A program made the translations under genes and the position numbers. A model generated the notes under the pieces. That model made no database searches. It had not been told where the DNA came from and worked only from the letters and a program-made list of their open reading frames with translations. DNA of 64,000 nucleotides from a virus. Positions 35,919 to 45,294 of this stretch are shown here, in pieces (positions within the stretch are counted from its first letter, which is position 1; the number at the start of each line of letters is the position of its first letter). The DNA lies in the IMG/VR virus record IMGVR_UViG_3300050821_009430, positions 1 through 64,000 of that record; one strand, given 5' to 3'.

Positions 35919-36340
35919 GACGTATAGCTTGAAAGCTCGGCTTGTGGTTGGGCGGATCTGCAAACCACAGCGCAAGCCGTGATCTACCGCGTTACTGTGG
36001 GGCCAACAAAGCGCAAACCCCGGTCCACTAATTTGTCCTTTGGGGGTATTGGCAGTGCTCCTGTTATGGCACTGAAAAGAAGCAGGACAGGCTTGGGCAG
36101 TTCAGGTGGCTCAAGTGAACCGGCGAAGCGGCTCCGTTGGGTATAGCTTCGTAGCTTGGTTCGGGGACTACCTTCCAGTATCCAGCTCTAAGGATACCTG
36201 GGGGTAGGCGTAGCTGTCGCTTCGCCTTGGTCCTTCGAACCGGCTCAGCTCTCACATTGGGTATAGAACATATAGTGGACATTAGAACTAGAAATTCTAA
36301 GGAATATTCCAGTAGAACTTCCAACTATAGGAACTATTCT

Positions 36341-37565
36341 ATGGCACGAACTGTCTCAAGTTCTCAGGAACCCAAGAAACTTCCGTACAAATTCTACGGA
36401 GAAGAACAAAATTCCAAGATCAAGCGTCAATATAAACTCAGTGAGCTAAGGAAGCTTCTTGAGAATAAAACCTGGGAACAGGTGATTGATGCCACCATTT
36501 ACGGCCGTGAATTCAGCGGTGTGTATTTTAGCGGGAGGATCGGCAAATTCATGAACCAAATGGCCTTGGCCGTTGTGGCCTTTGACCGCATCGTGGTCAT
36601 GAAGTTCCTGAATTCTAAAATAACACCCTTCACCTTTCACGCTTCTGCCATTCTCAACGGTTCCCACAATGGCGGCTTCCTGCTTTGCAAAGCCGATTTC
36701 ATGAGTAGGCACACGGGCGATATAAAGCTGACCGATTTGGTCGTTTTGGAGGAGAATGATGATAATGCAGCAACACTACCGAATAGATTGTGAATGCAAA
36801 GGGACCGGCCGCATAAAACGATATATTGGTCACCCAGGTAGAATTGCAATTTTTGTTTGCTTTGCGTGCACGGATAATACCACCGATGACAACCCCAACC
36901 CTCAACAAACTGCTGGCGTCATTGCCGAGCTTGAGCAAAGCTGATTTAGCCACGGTATGTGCCGCTGCTGATAGCCTGCTAGGCTTAATAGGGGGCTTAC
37001 CGGCTACGTCAAATAACCCGGCCGCTACCCCCCTATTTGACGCGGTGACGCACGCGCTGGGGCTGCGCCTGGGCTTTGCGGCGTTTCAAGCTACAGCGAC
37101 GTATAAAACCTTTAGACGGGGTGAAGTTGCCGTAAACGATTTTGTTGATGCTGCCTTCCCCGAAGCTTGTGATAAGGTATCACGCAATGCCATCCTGATC
37201 TTTCTGGTTGAATGCCTCATGGATGACCTGAAAGCACGGCATGTTCCATTATCTATCGGGGCATTATGTAATAATCTGGAACGCGCCCCACAGGTGTTCC
37301 GTGATGCCTTCCCCGGCTATGTTGAGAACGGGTTGGCTCACCTCATCTTCAAGTCAATGACAAGGAGAGACTAATGTTTGGCCGGTGGCCCTTAATGCTG
37401 AAAAGCACTCACGAAGCGGTCAGACGAGAAAATTATACGCTTCGTGATGCCCTACGTGAAGCCAATAAAGAACTGCAAAAGCACCGGGCACTGATTGGTG
37501 GTTTGCGTAGCGGGGCAATCGATCTTGCACAAACCCTGACCAAGAAAACAGAAAAAGCACGCTGA
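36341..37565 (+). CDS. Three hypothetical proteins upstream of the helicase (36341-36793, 36886-37374, 37374-37565)
   Basis: Contiguous plus-strand ORFs with no recognisable family. Confidence 0.5.
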
Positions 37566-37567
37566 TT

Positions 37568-38980
37568 GTGCTGTTAGGTGCCCTCCAAGAGAATCTACTT
37601 ACAGTCCTTTCCTGGGATGATGAACGCGCGCCATTGGTCCGCAGTCTCATCGGGCCTGAACTGTACGGGGGGCATTACCGAACCATAGCCCTCAGAATCT
37701 ACGATTACATAGATAAGTACAAGAAGGCCCCCAAGGATCATCTGCCCGATATCCTGATGGATAAGCTTGAGGCAGAAAATGCCCGCGAAGCTGAATTATA
37801 TGAGAGTACTATCTCATCTATTTCAGTTGCGCGTGAAGGGCTTAATATCGAATATGTAATGTCTCAGTTGGAGACATTCATCAAGCGCCAGTCATTGCGT
37901 GGCGTGGCCATTGACTTGGCCAAGGCGCTGCAAAAGGACACCGAAGAATCGCTTGAAGAAGCAGCCACGCTGATTGCACGGGCCAATACCGGCACGCTGT
38001 CAGTGTTTGATCCAGGCATCAGGCTCAGCGACAAGAAAGCCATGAGCTTCCTTGATTTGCAGGAAGCTTCGTTCCCTACCGGAATACCTGAATTGGATAA
38101 GCGCGGCTTCGGCCCTACCCGCAAGGAACTTTGGCTGTTCATAGCGAATACAAAGTCCGGAAAAAGTTGGGGTTTAATGCAGTTAGGAAAGATGGCTGCT
38201 TTGCATCGTTTCAAAGTATGCCATATTTCATTGGAAATGTCACGCGAAAGATGTGCTCAACGCTACTACCAAAGCCTGTTTGCCATTTCAAAACGCAAGG
38301 AAACCTTCAGGAACACCAAGTTTCAGAAAGACAAGTTAGGCAGGATCACTGGTTATGATGATATACGGGTGCAGCCCTCATTGAGTTATGATGATCCTAA
38401 AGTTAGAAAGAAACTTGGCCGACGCATCGACCGCTGGTCTGATCGGCTACTTAAGAATGTCATCATCCGTGACTTTCCAATGGGCACCATGACCGTCAAT
38501 CATTTGCGTGCCTATTTAGATAATCTTGAACAGACCGAACACTTTGTACCGGATCTCCTTATTATTGACTACCCTGATTTAATGAAGCTGGACAAAGATA
38601 ATTACCGCCTGTCAATAGACCAAGCCTACAAGGATATCCGTGGCATAGCAGGCACACGTAACATAGCCGTGGCCGTGGTCAGTCAGTCACACCGGGCCGG
38701 GGCCAAGGCCAAACAATTAGGCGCTGAAAACGTGGCCGAAGCCTACTCAAAGATAGCACATGCCGATACCATCGTTACGTATAGTTCCACGCCACAAGAG
38801 AGAAAACTTGGGCTTGCCCGGTTATATGTGGCAGGTGGCCGTAACGACGAAGATAAAATTAGTGTGGTTATCTCACAACAATACGGCATGGGTGCTTTCG
38901 TCATAGATTCCTCATTGATGATTGGAAACTACTTTGAGAACATCCCCCAAGATGGCTTTAGCGAGGATGAGGATGAATAA
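37568..38980 (+). CDS. Replicative DNA helicase (DnaB/SF4-like)
   Basis: PTGIPELD, ANTKSGKS, SLEMS, LLIIDYPDL, VSQSHR, VAEAYSK...AD, GRND. Confidence 0.88.
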   Translation: MLLGALQENLLTVLSWDDERAPLVRSLIGPELYGGHYRTIALRIYDYIDKYKKAPKDHLPDILMDKLEAENAREAELYESTISSISVAREGLNIEYVMSQLETFIKRQSLRGVAIDLAKALQKDTEESLEEAATLIARANTGTLSVFDPGIRLSDKKAMSFLDLQEASFPTGIPELDKRGFGPTRKELWLFIANTKSGKSWGLMQLGKMAALHRFKVCHISLEMSRERCAQRYYQSLFAISKRKETFRNTKFQKDKLGRITGYDDIRVQPSLSYDDPKVRKKLGRRIDRWSDRLLKNVIIRDFPMGTMTVNHLRAYLDNLEQTEHFVPDLLIIDYPDLMKLDKDNYRLSIDQAYKDIRGIAGTRNIAVAVVSQSHRAGAKAKQLGAENVAEAYSKIAHADTIVTYSSTPQERKLGLARLYVAGGRNDEDKISVVISQQYGMGAFVIDSSLMIGNYFENIPQDGFSEDEDE

Positions 38981-39582
38981 GAACCCAACAGATCCACCAA
39001 CCGGGGCTTTGTATATTGAAGACCATATGAAGGCTAGATGGGTGGTCTATCACGATTCAGGTCTAATTAGGAAAAAGCAAATATCCGACTTTGGAAGTTG
39101 GTGGTGCCCCGAAAAGGCTTGGAGAATAAATAGGCGTGATTATCTGCCCAAAATGGGCTATGCTTTCGAGAATTACTTCCACGCTTATGCCTATTCTTTA
39201 AAGTGCAAGAACAATGAACGCAATCATCCAACCTGAAAGGGCACTCATTGCCGATGTTCTAAAAGAACTGCCGGTAGGTGCTGTACAAACATGGGGGCAA
39301 GTAGAGCTTCTCATTAAAAATTCAGATAATCCAATCTATCTATTTGTTATTGAAATTCAAGGCAATAACCCTATGCTGCAATTCAAACAGCCTAAGATAA
39401 CACTGAAGATGAGCGGCGAAACTCTTATGTACCACACTGGCGAAACTGTGGCCATCAAGAAGTTCTTTAATAGATTATTTCTGCCAACATTCTTTGTTTT
39501 TGATAATTATCTACATGCCTATGCACTTGAACAAAGGTTGGCACCAGCCGGGCATTTGGTGCAGAAGCAAAAATTCAAGTGA
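38933..39582 (+). CDS. Two hypothetical proteins with similar C-terminal motifs (FENYFHAYAY / FDNYLHAYAL)
   Basis: ORFs ending at 39236 and 39582 share F[ED]NYxHAYA; the first start is uncertain. Confidence 0.55.
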
Positions 39583-41138
39583 TCAATAAATATGCCATTA
39601 AGAAATTCCTTGCCAGAAAGCTGGATAATTTTGACTGGGTGAAACAATATAAGAAACAAGAGCTTTCAGCCGAATTGGATCAATTAAAGCCCAAGCCTGA
39701 TTTTGGTAGTATTACGCCTTGGCAACACCAAATGGTGTGTTTCCTGATTATGCTGATGCTCAAGCGTTTCATGCTCACACTTGACATGGGCGCTGGCAAA
39801 ACGGCTCTCGTTTTGATGTTACTCCTTTATAGGAAGCAACAGGGTGAGAAACCGAAGGCTATCGTTTTTGTACCTTATATAACCAGTGTGCTGACCTGGA
39901 TTGAGCAAGTTGAAGAGCACGCCCCGCAATTACGCTGCGTGGCTTTACTCGGTACAACCGAAAAAAATTTAGCAGCACTGAAAACCGATGGTGACCTGTT
40001 TGTGATCTGTTACCAAAGTGCCGTTGCCATGGTCACGGAAAAGGTTTTCAATAAAAAGAAAAACAAGAACCAATGGCAGTTGACGGCAGCCGAAGTACGG
40101 AAGTACTTCGATGGTTTTGACATGCTCGTATGTGATGAAGTGCACAATTGCCGGTCAGTTTCAAGCCTCACTTACCGCATGTGCCGGGCCATTTCAGCCC
40201 AGTGTGAATGGGCTTTTGGCCTTACCGGCACACCCTTTGGCAGTGACGTGGCAGCCCTGTGGCCCCAATATTACTTGATTGATTTTGGTGAAACGCTTGG
40301 CCCCACACTTGAGTTTTTCAAGGCTGTATTCTTCAAGCAGGGTTTCAACTATTGGGGGGGCTACGAATTCACATTCAAAAAGAAGTTATTACCTGACTTA
40401 AGAAGGATGTTGAAGAACCGATCAATTCATTATGCCATTGATGAATTGCACGATATGCCCCAGAAAATAGATACAATTAAGACCATGCCGCCACCGCCAG
40501 ATAGCGAAGGCTATTGCAAGGCAGCGCTTCAGCAAATCAACGAGGCCATCAAGGGCAAAGGCAAGACAGCCTACCACGTTGTAGAAAATAATTACCTCAA
40601 GCTCCGTCAATTATCATCCGGTTTCATGACTTTACGTGGCGAAGATAATGATAAAATACAGGTTAAGTTTGAAGAAAGCCCCAAACTTGAAGCATTGATT
40701 GACTTGATTGAGAGTATGCCCGAGGGGGCAAAGATGGTGGTGTTTCACCACTTTGTTTACACTAACCAGCTAATCAGCGATGAATTGAAGAAACTGAAGA
40801 TAGGCCATGCCCGTGTATGGGGCAAAGCCCGTGATCCTATTGGTCAGTTGCGGAAGTTCAAAGCCGACGCTAATTGTAGGGTACTGGTTATCAATGTGCG
40901 GTCCGGTTCAAGTTCACTGAACTTGCAGATCGCTAACTATGTGGTGTTCTTTGAGCAGCCAGATAACCCCATTGATAGGCAACAGGCTGAACGCCGCGTA
41001 TGGCGGCCGGGCCAACTCAAGCGTGTCTTTATTTATGATCTTTTGGTCAAAGCTACCAAAGATCATGCCCTTTATAACAGCAACAAAGCTGGGGAAGACC
41101 TACTCAAGTCAATAATTTCTGGTCACACCAAGTTGTAG
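39579..41138 (+). CDS. SNF2-family helicase/ATPase
   Basis: PWQHQ, DMGAGKT, DEVH, LTGTP, KLRQLSSGF, SLNLQ, QAERRVWRPGQ. Confidence 0.9.
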   Translation: MINKYAIKKFLARKLDNFDWVKQYKKQELSAELDQLKPKPDFGSITPWQHQMVCFLIMLMLKRFMLTLDMGAGKTALVLMLLLYRKQQGEKPKAIVFVPYITSVLTWIEQVEEHAPQLRCVALLGTTEKNLAALKTDGDLFVICYQSAVAMVTEKVFNKKKNKNQWQLTAAEVRKYFDGFDMLVCDEVHNCRSVSSLTYRMCRAISAQCEWAFGLTGTPFGSDVAALWPQYYLIDFGETLGPTLEFFKAVFFKQGFNYWGGYEFTFKKKLLPDLRRMLKNRSIHYAIDELHDMPQKIDTIKTMPPPPDSEGYCKAALQQINEAIKGKGKTAYHVVENNYLKLRQLSSGFMTLRGEDNDKIQVKFEESPKLEALIDLIESMPEGAKMVVFHHFVYTNQLISDELKKLKIGHARVWGKARDPIGQLRKFKADANCRVLVINVRSGSSSLNLQIANYVVFFEQPDNPIDRQQAERRVWRPGQLKRVFIYDLLVKATKDHALYNSNKAGEDLLKSIISGHTKL

Positions 41139-41148
41139 GATGGATTAG

Positions 41149-41664
41149 ATGATACCTTCCTTAATCAAACCAGCTACCAGAAATACCCCGTGGCCTGAAG
41201 AACAAACAGAAAAACTGAGGAACCTTGTACTTGATCCCAATATGACTGCTTCAAAGATAGCAATAGAGCTGGGCGATGGCCTTACGCGGCATGCGGTCAT
41301 AGGCAAAATTCACAGATTAGGCTTACAAAATAATATATGGGGAAAGGGGCAAAAAAACGGAAGGCCAAGAAAGACAAATCACAGGGGGCAATCTGCGCAA
41401 AGCAAACAGACGGCCCTTTATTTCACCAAGCGAAAACGCTTAAGAGTGCTTTTAGTTGAGCCGGCATCCTCACAATTTCCAAATGTTGAGCCTTCCGCCT
41501 TTGATAATGCAATCCCACAAGAACAACGCAAAACACTTATGCAGTTGAACGGTCACACTTGCCGGTGGCCTGTTGGTTACCCAGGCGAACCAAATTTTTT
41601 CTTTTGTGGGGCATTAACTGATACCACCTATTGTGATTATCACACTACCCGATCAATTAGATAA
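41149..41664 (+). CDS. gcrA: GcrA-family cell-cycle regulator
   Basis: W..E..EKL...TASKIA.ELG..LTRHAVIGKIHRLGL N-domain; L..L....CRWPVG.P....FFFCG......YC..H C-domain. Confidence 0.9.
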   Translation: MIPSLIKPATRNTPWPEEQTEKLRNLVLDPNMTASKIAIELGDGLTRHAVIGKIHRLGLQNNIWGKGQKNGRPRKTNHRGQSAQSKQTALYFTKRKRLRVLLVEPASSQFPNVEPSAFDNAIPQEQRKTLMQLNGHTCRWPVGYPGEPNFFFCGALTDTTYCDYHTTRSIR

Positions 41665-42955
41665 TAAGCGAGTGTGGTTCTGAGTTTACTTTTGATTGAT
41701 CACTGCGGACGAAAATAGGAGAGTGTGATGCTATACGGCGAAGCCTCAATGGTTATTCTGGCACACCTTCGCGCCTACCGGGATCACTTGGATTCCCTCA
41801 TAAAATATCTTGAGGAAATCAAGGTCTACCAGGAAAAGAATAGCATGGTCGTTACCAACCCGGCACCAAATGGTGCCGCGCCTGCCGCTCCTCTTGGGTC
41901 TTACATGATTGGGTCCATCGGGGGAGGACCGGTGCCGCCGGCCATCCCCGTTGTGCCGAAGCAGGCGAATGAAGTTAGGAGTTTTTGTGGTCTGCCGGAA
42001 ACTCCAAAGGCACTTTGAGCCATGCGCCGCTTTAAACCCACGCGCACGCGCAATGGTGGCTTCGGCCATTGCACTGCCAAATACTCGAAACACCCTGGAA
42101 TACAGCATGGCCGCGCTTTGGAAGGTCAGCGCGCGGCCAGAAAACGAGCGCCTATCAAGAATCCATGTGCGTCAGTGCCCGAGGCCATAGCTGCATATCG
42201 GCCGCCTGGGAAAACCGTCACGCTCACCAAGGCCAAGTAAAATGAAAGCGGTGCACAAAAAGCGGATCGACTTCGGCAACCCCGTCAGAAACCTTGTGGG
42301 GCAGCCGGCCTACGGTAAGTCCCCGGCACGCGACAAAATACTAGACGCGCTGCTTGATGCGATGGCGGCATTCGGAGGGACGTGCTGGGCACCCGTTGAA
42401 AAGGTCACGGACGGTAAAGCTGTGGAATGGACCTTGATGTTAAATCAGTGTCCAGGTGCATGCGGTCACGTCTGGAACTTGGTCATGAAAGACGATGCAA
42501 TTTGCCAGTGGTTGGTGAACGAGATCAACCAACGCCGTTTGCTTTCTCCCACAGACCAAACAAATAAGTAATATTATGAGTAGACGCAAAAAACTTCGGT
42601 GGTCACTCCGTGAAGACCGTATCCTTGGTGAGTGGTCAAATCGCGGATTTGCATCTTGTTGTGCGCACCTAAAACGCCGCAGTGCTTCGGCGGTTTACCA
42701 GCGGCTACGCAAACTAGGTCTTGTGAAAAGATGAAAACAAAACTCACGGAAACCGGATTTGTTGCCGTCAACGTCCTCACTAAGCCGCAGCACATGATGG
42801 TGTGGTCTGTTGCTGGTCAGGCCAGCGCGGTACGAAAGACAATCGCTGCGGCGTGGCCCGAGCGTCCAAACTCGCCAGATGGGTGGAAGAATGCAAAACG
42901 CGATGGCGTTCGTATTCGCAAGGTAAAAATCACCGCGCTCTAAAGACCTGACTGC

Positions 42956-43027
42956 GGCCATTTTGGCACTGTAACAATTCGTGATAATAGGCCATATTGA
43001 CCGCTAGGCCGAATTGGCCCATATAAG
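42956..43027 (+). promoter_or_regulatory. Promoter with three GGCC-N5-GGCC-type operators
   Basis: TTGACC (42997)-17 nt-CATATA; GGCCATTTTGGCA at 42956, GGCCATATTGACC at 42990, GGCCGAATTGGCC at 43007. Confidence 0.65.
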
Positions 43028-43235
43028 ACTTGTCACGGGCGCTTGATGCCCAGATGGAGAAGCAGATGACCCGCAAAGAACATTTCCACCTCTTAAGCAC
43101 CCTCCACGAATACCGGGAAGTGTGTGAGCGAATTGCGGATAACGAGGATCAGGTTATCACGCTCGGCATGTTCCGGCGCTTGAGTGCTGCGATCAAAATT
43201 ATCGAAAATCAGCCAAGCGAAATTGAGAGCGGGGA

Positions 43236-43436
43236 ATGACCGCCAACCAATACCGCGCAATGCTCAGCCGCCTTGGTCTCTCTCAGGCCGGGGCGGCACG
43301 CCTTCTTCAGATCGGCGAGCGCACCGCGCGGCGTTGGGCACAAGAGGGCGTGGAAGGAACGGCGGTTATTGTGCTTCGGCTGTTGGCCGCTAAGAAGATC
43401 ACTCAGGAAGATGTCGAATCCGTCCACGAACATTAG
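43236..43436 (+). CDS. Small XRE/Cro-like HTH protein
   Basis: MT..QYR..L..LGLSQAGAARLL.IGERTARRW. Confidence 0.85.
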   Translation: MTANQYRAMLSRLGLSQAGAARLLQIGERTARRWAQEGVEGTAVIVLRLLAAKKITQEDVESVHEH

Positions 43437-45000
43437 TTCACTTGTCCACAGGGACCGGGCATGATTTTACAAATTCGCCAGAGGGTAAGGAGCCGACGCG
43501 CACCTGAGATTATGGCGGCAAACGGCGGATCCGGTTTAACCGGGGTCTTACCCCGCCACCTGTCTGCGGCGAGCCGCTTTGGTTTCGGCCAAGCGCGTCA
43601 GCGGTATTCATCGCAGCGGGATTTCGGCCCCACAAAATTGCTAAACTCATTCGCAGAGACCGCACAGGCAGGAGCCAATTATGACCGTTGCCGCCGATGT
43701 CGATATGAGCGCCGAAAGGCTTTTCCAAATCAGTTGGGGCCTCGTTTACAAATGTGTCTGCGCTCCGGCTGCCTGGGATGCTGACAGGGTATCCGACGAG
43801 GCGACGCGCGCTACAGCCGTGGCAGCACGGATAAGATCGCCGAGGTTATGAAGCTTCGGGCCGGCGCGCGAGAGGTTGCGTGATGGCTGATCGAGCACAC
43901 CTAGAACGCCTGACCCGCGAACTTACCGATTCCGGCAAGCTGATCGAGGTTGGCTGGATCAGTATGCGTCTCGCCTGCGATCTAATTGATGCACCAGCAG
44001 ACCAACTCCACGAAATGTGGATGGCATTCTTTGCCGGCGCGCAGCACTTGTTCGGCAGCATCATGACCGTCCTTGATCCCGGCGAGGAACCGACCAACAA
44101 AGATTTGCAGCGCATGGACCTGATCGACAAAGAACTTAAGGCGTTCATCGCTGATTTTTCAATGCGACACATTCCAACGAAAGGCACAGCATGACCGACC
44201 TTGAGCACTTGCTTACTGGCGCGATGCACGAAATTCGCGACCTGCGACGGCGCAATGAAATCCTTTCGGCCAAGGTCGAAATGATCGACCTCTTTGCCGT
44301 TGTGCTTCACACCGAGCCAAAATACCCCTCGATCGGCATGTCTGAGGACGTGGCTTGGAAACTCCAAAAGAAGCTCGATGAATTGCGGTTGGAGGAAGAA
44401 CGTCGGCCGCGAGCGGCAGAGATTGTGTGCTAGTAACGGGAGAGCGCGATGATCTGGACAGAGAACGACGCGAAGGCCCTGTGGTGTCCGATGACGCGAG
44501 TCGGCGATTTCAACTTAGGTGGCACCGCCAATCGCCCGGATGGCAGCGTCAATTGCTTGGCCTCGGGCTGCATGATGTGGCGCAAGTCCGGTCAGATCGG
44601 ACTCGGCCCCAACGGCGAGAAGCGCGACCGAGATATGGACGGCCGCACGCGCTGGCTGGACACCGGATATTGTGGGCTGGCGGGGAAGCCAGATCGCTCA
44701 AGCTAATGAATGGGAAGCAAGGCAATGCCGCTTGAACTTAACCAGGTAGCCACTCTCGCCCGCGCTCTTGAGCTCGGCGAAGGGCAAATATGGCGTCGCG
44801 ATGAAAAACGCTTCCGAGGGCGGCAACGGTATGTGCGCATACAGTTTGTTTGCATCGGCGGCAAGCGTGTCCGCGTGCAGGCTTGCAAACGTGATGGAAC
44901 GATCCCGGCCGGTTCACGATCAACGGAAGTTGCTGCAAGCCGTTTCGGCCGGCGCGGCGGGTTTGCGCGATAATGATGAATAACCGAACGAGGATTTGAA

Positions 45001-45294
45001 ATGAGGCCGCCAGTCATCGTCGAAATTGCCCGTGAGCGGGAACGTCAAATCAGCGGCGAAGGTTACAATTACGGCCACGACGATGCTCATCACACCGGCG
45101 ACATCGCCCGGCTGGCCTGCATGTACGCAAATCCGACGCGCGACCTTGTTTATGCGGCGATGGAAAAATATTGGGGCGACGTTTCTGATTGGCTAAAGCA
45201 CAAGACACGCAGGCGCGATCTAATCCGCGCGGCGGCTCTTATCGTCGCAGAAATCGAACGGTTGGATCGGTCGGAAGAAAAGAGCACGCGGTGA
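45001..45294 (+). CDS. Conserved phage protein (ERERQ..EG....HDD.H...RRRDLIRAAALIVAEIERLDR family)
   Basis: Recognisable widespread phage motif; function unknown. Confidence 0.7.
   Translation: MRPPVIVEIARERERQISGEGYNYGHDDAHHTGDIARLACMYANPTRDLVYAAMEKYWGDVSDWLKHKTRRRDLIRAAALIVAEIERLDRSEEKSTR

Noticed and set aside
35919-36245. tmRNA or tRNA
   Set aside because: I could not find an acceptor stem, T-arm/CCA arrangement or tag reading frame.
43236-43436. Lysogeny repressor indicating a prophage
   Set aside because: A tiny HTH in a local cassette; no integrase, peptidase-domain CI or host genes in the window.
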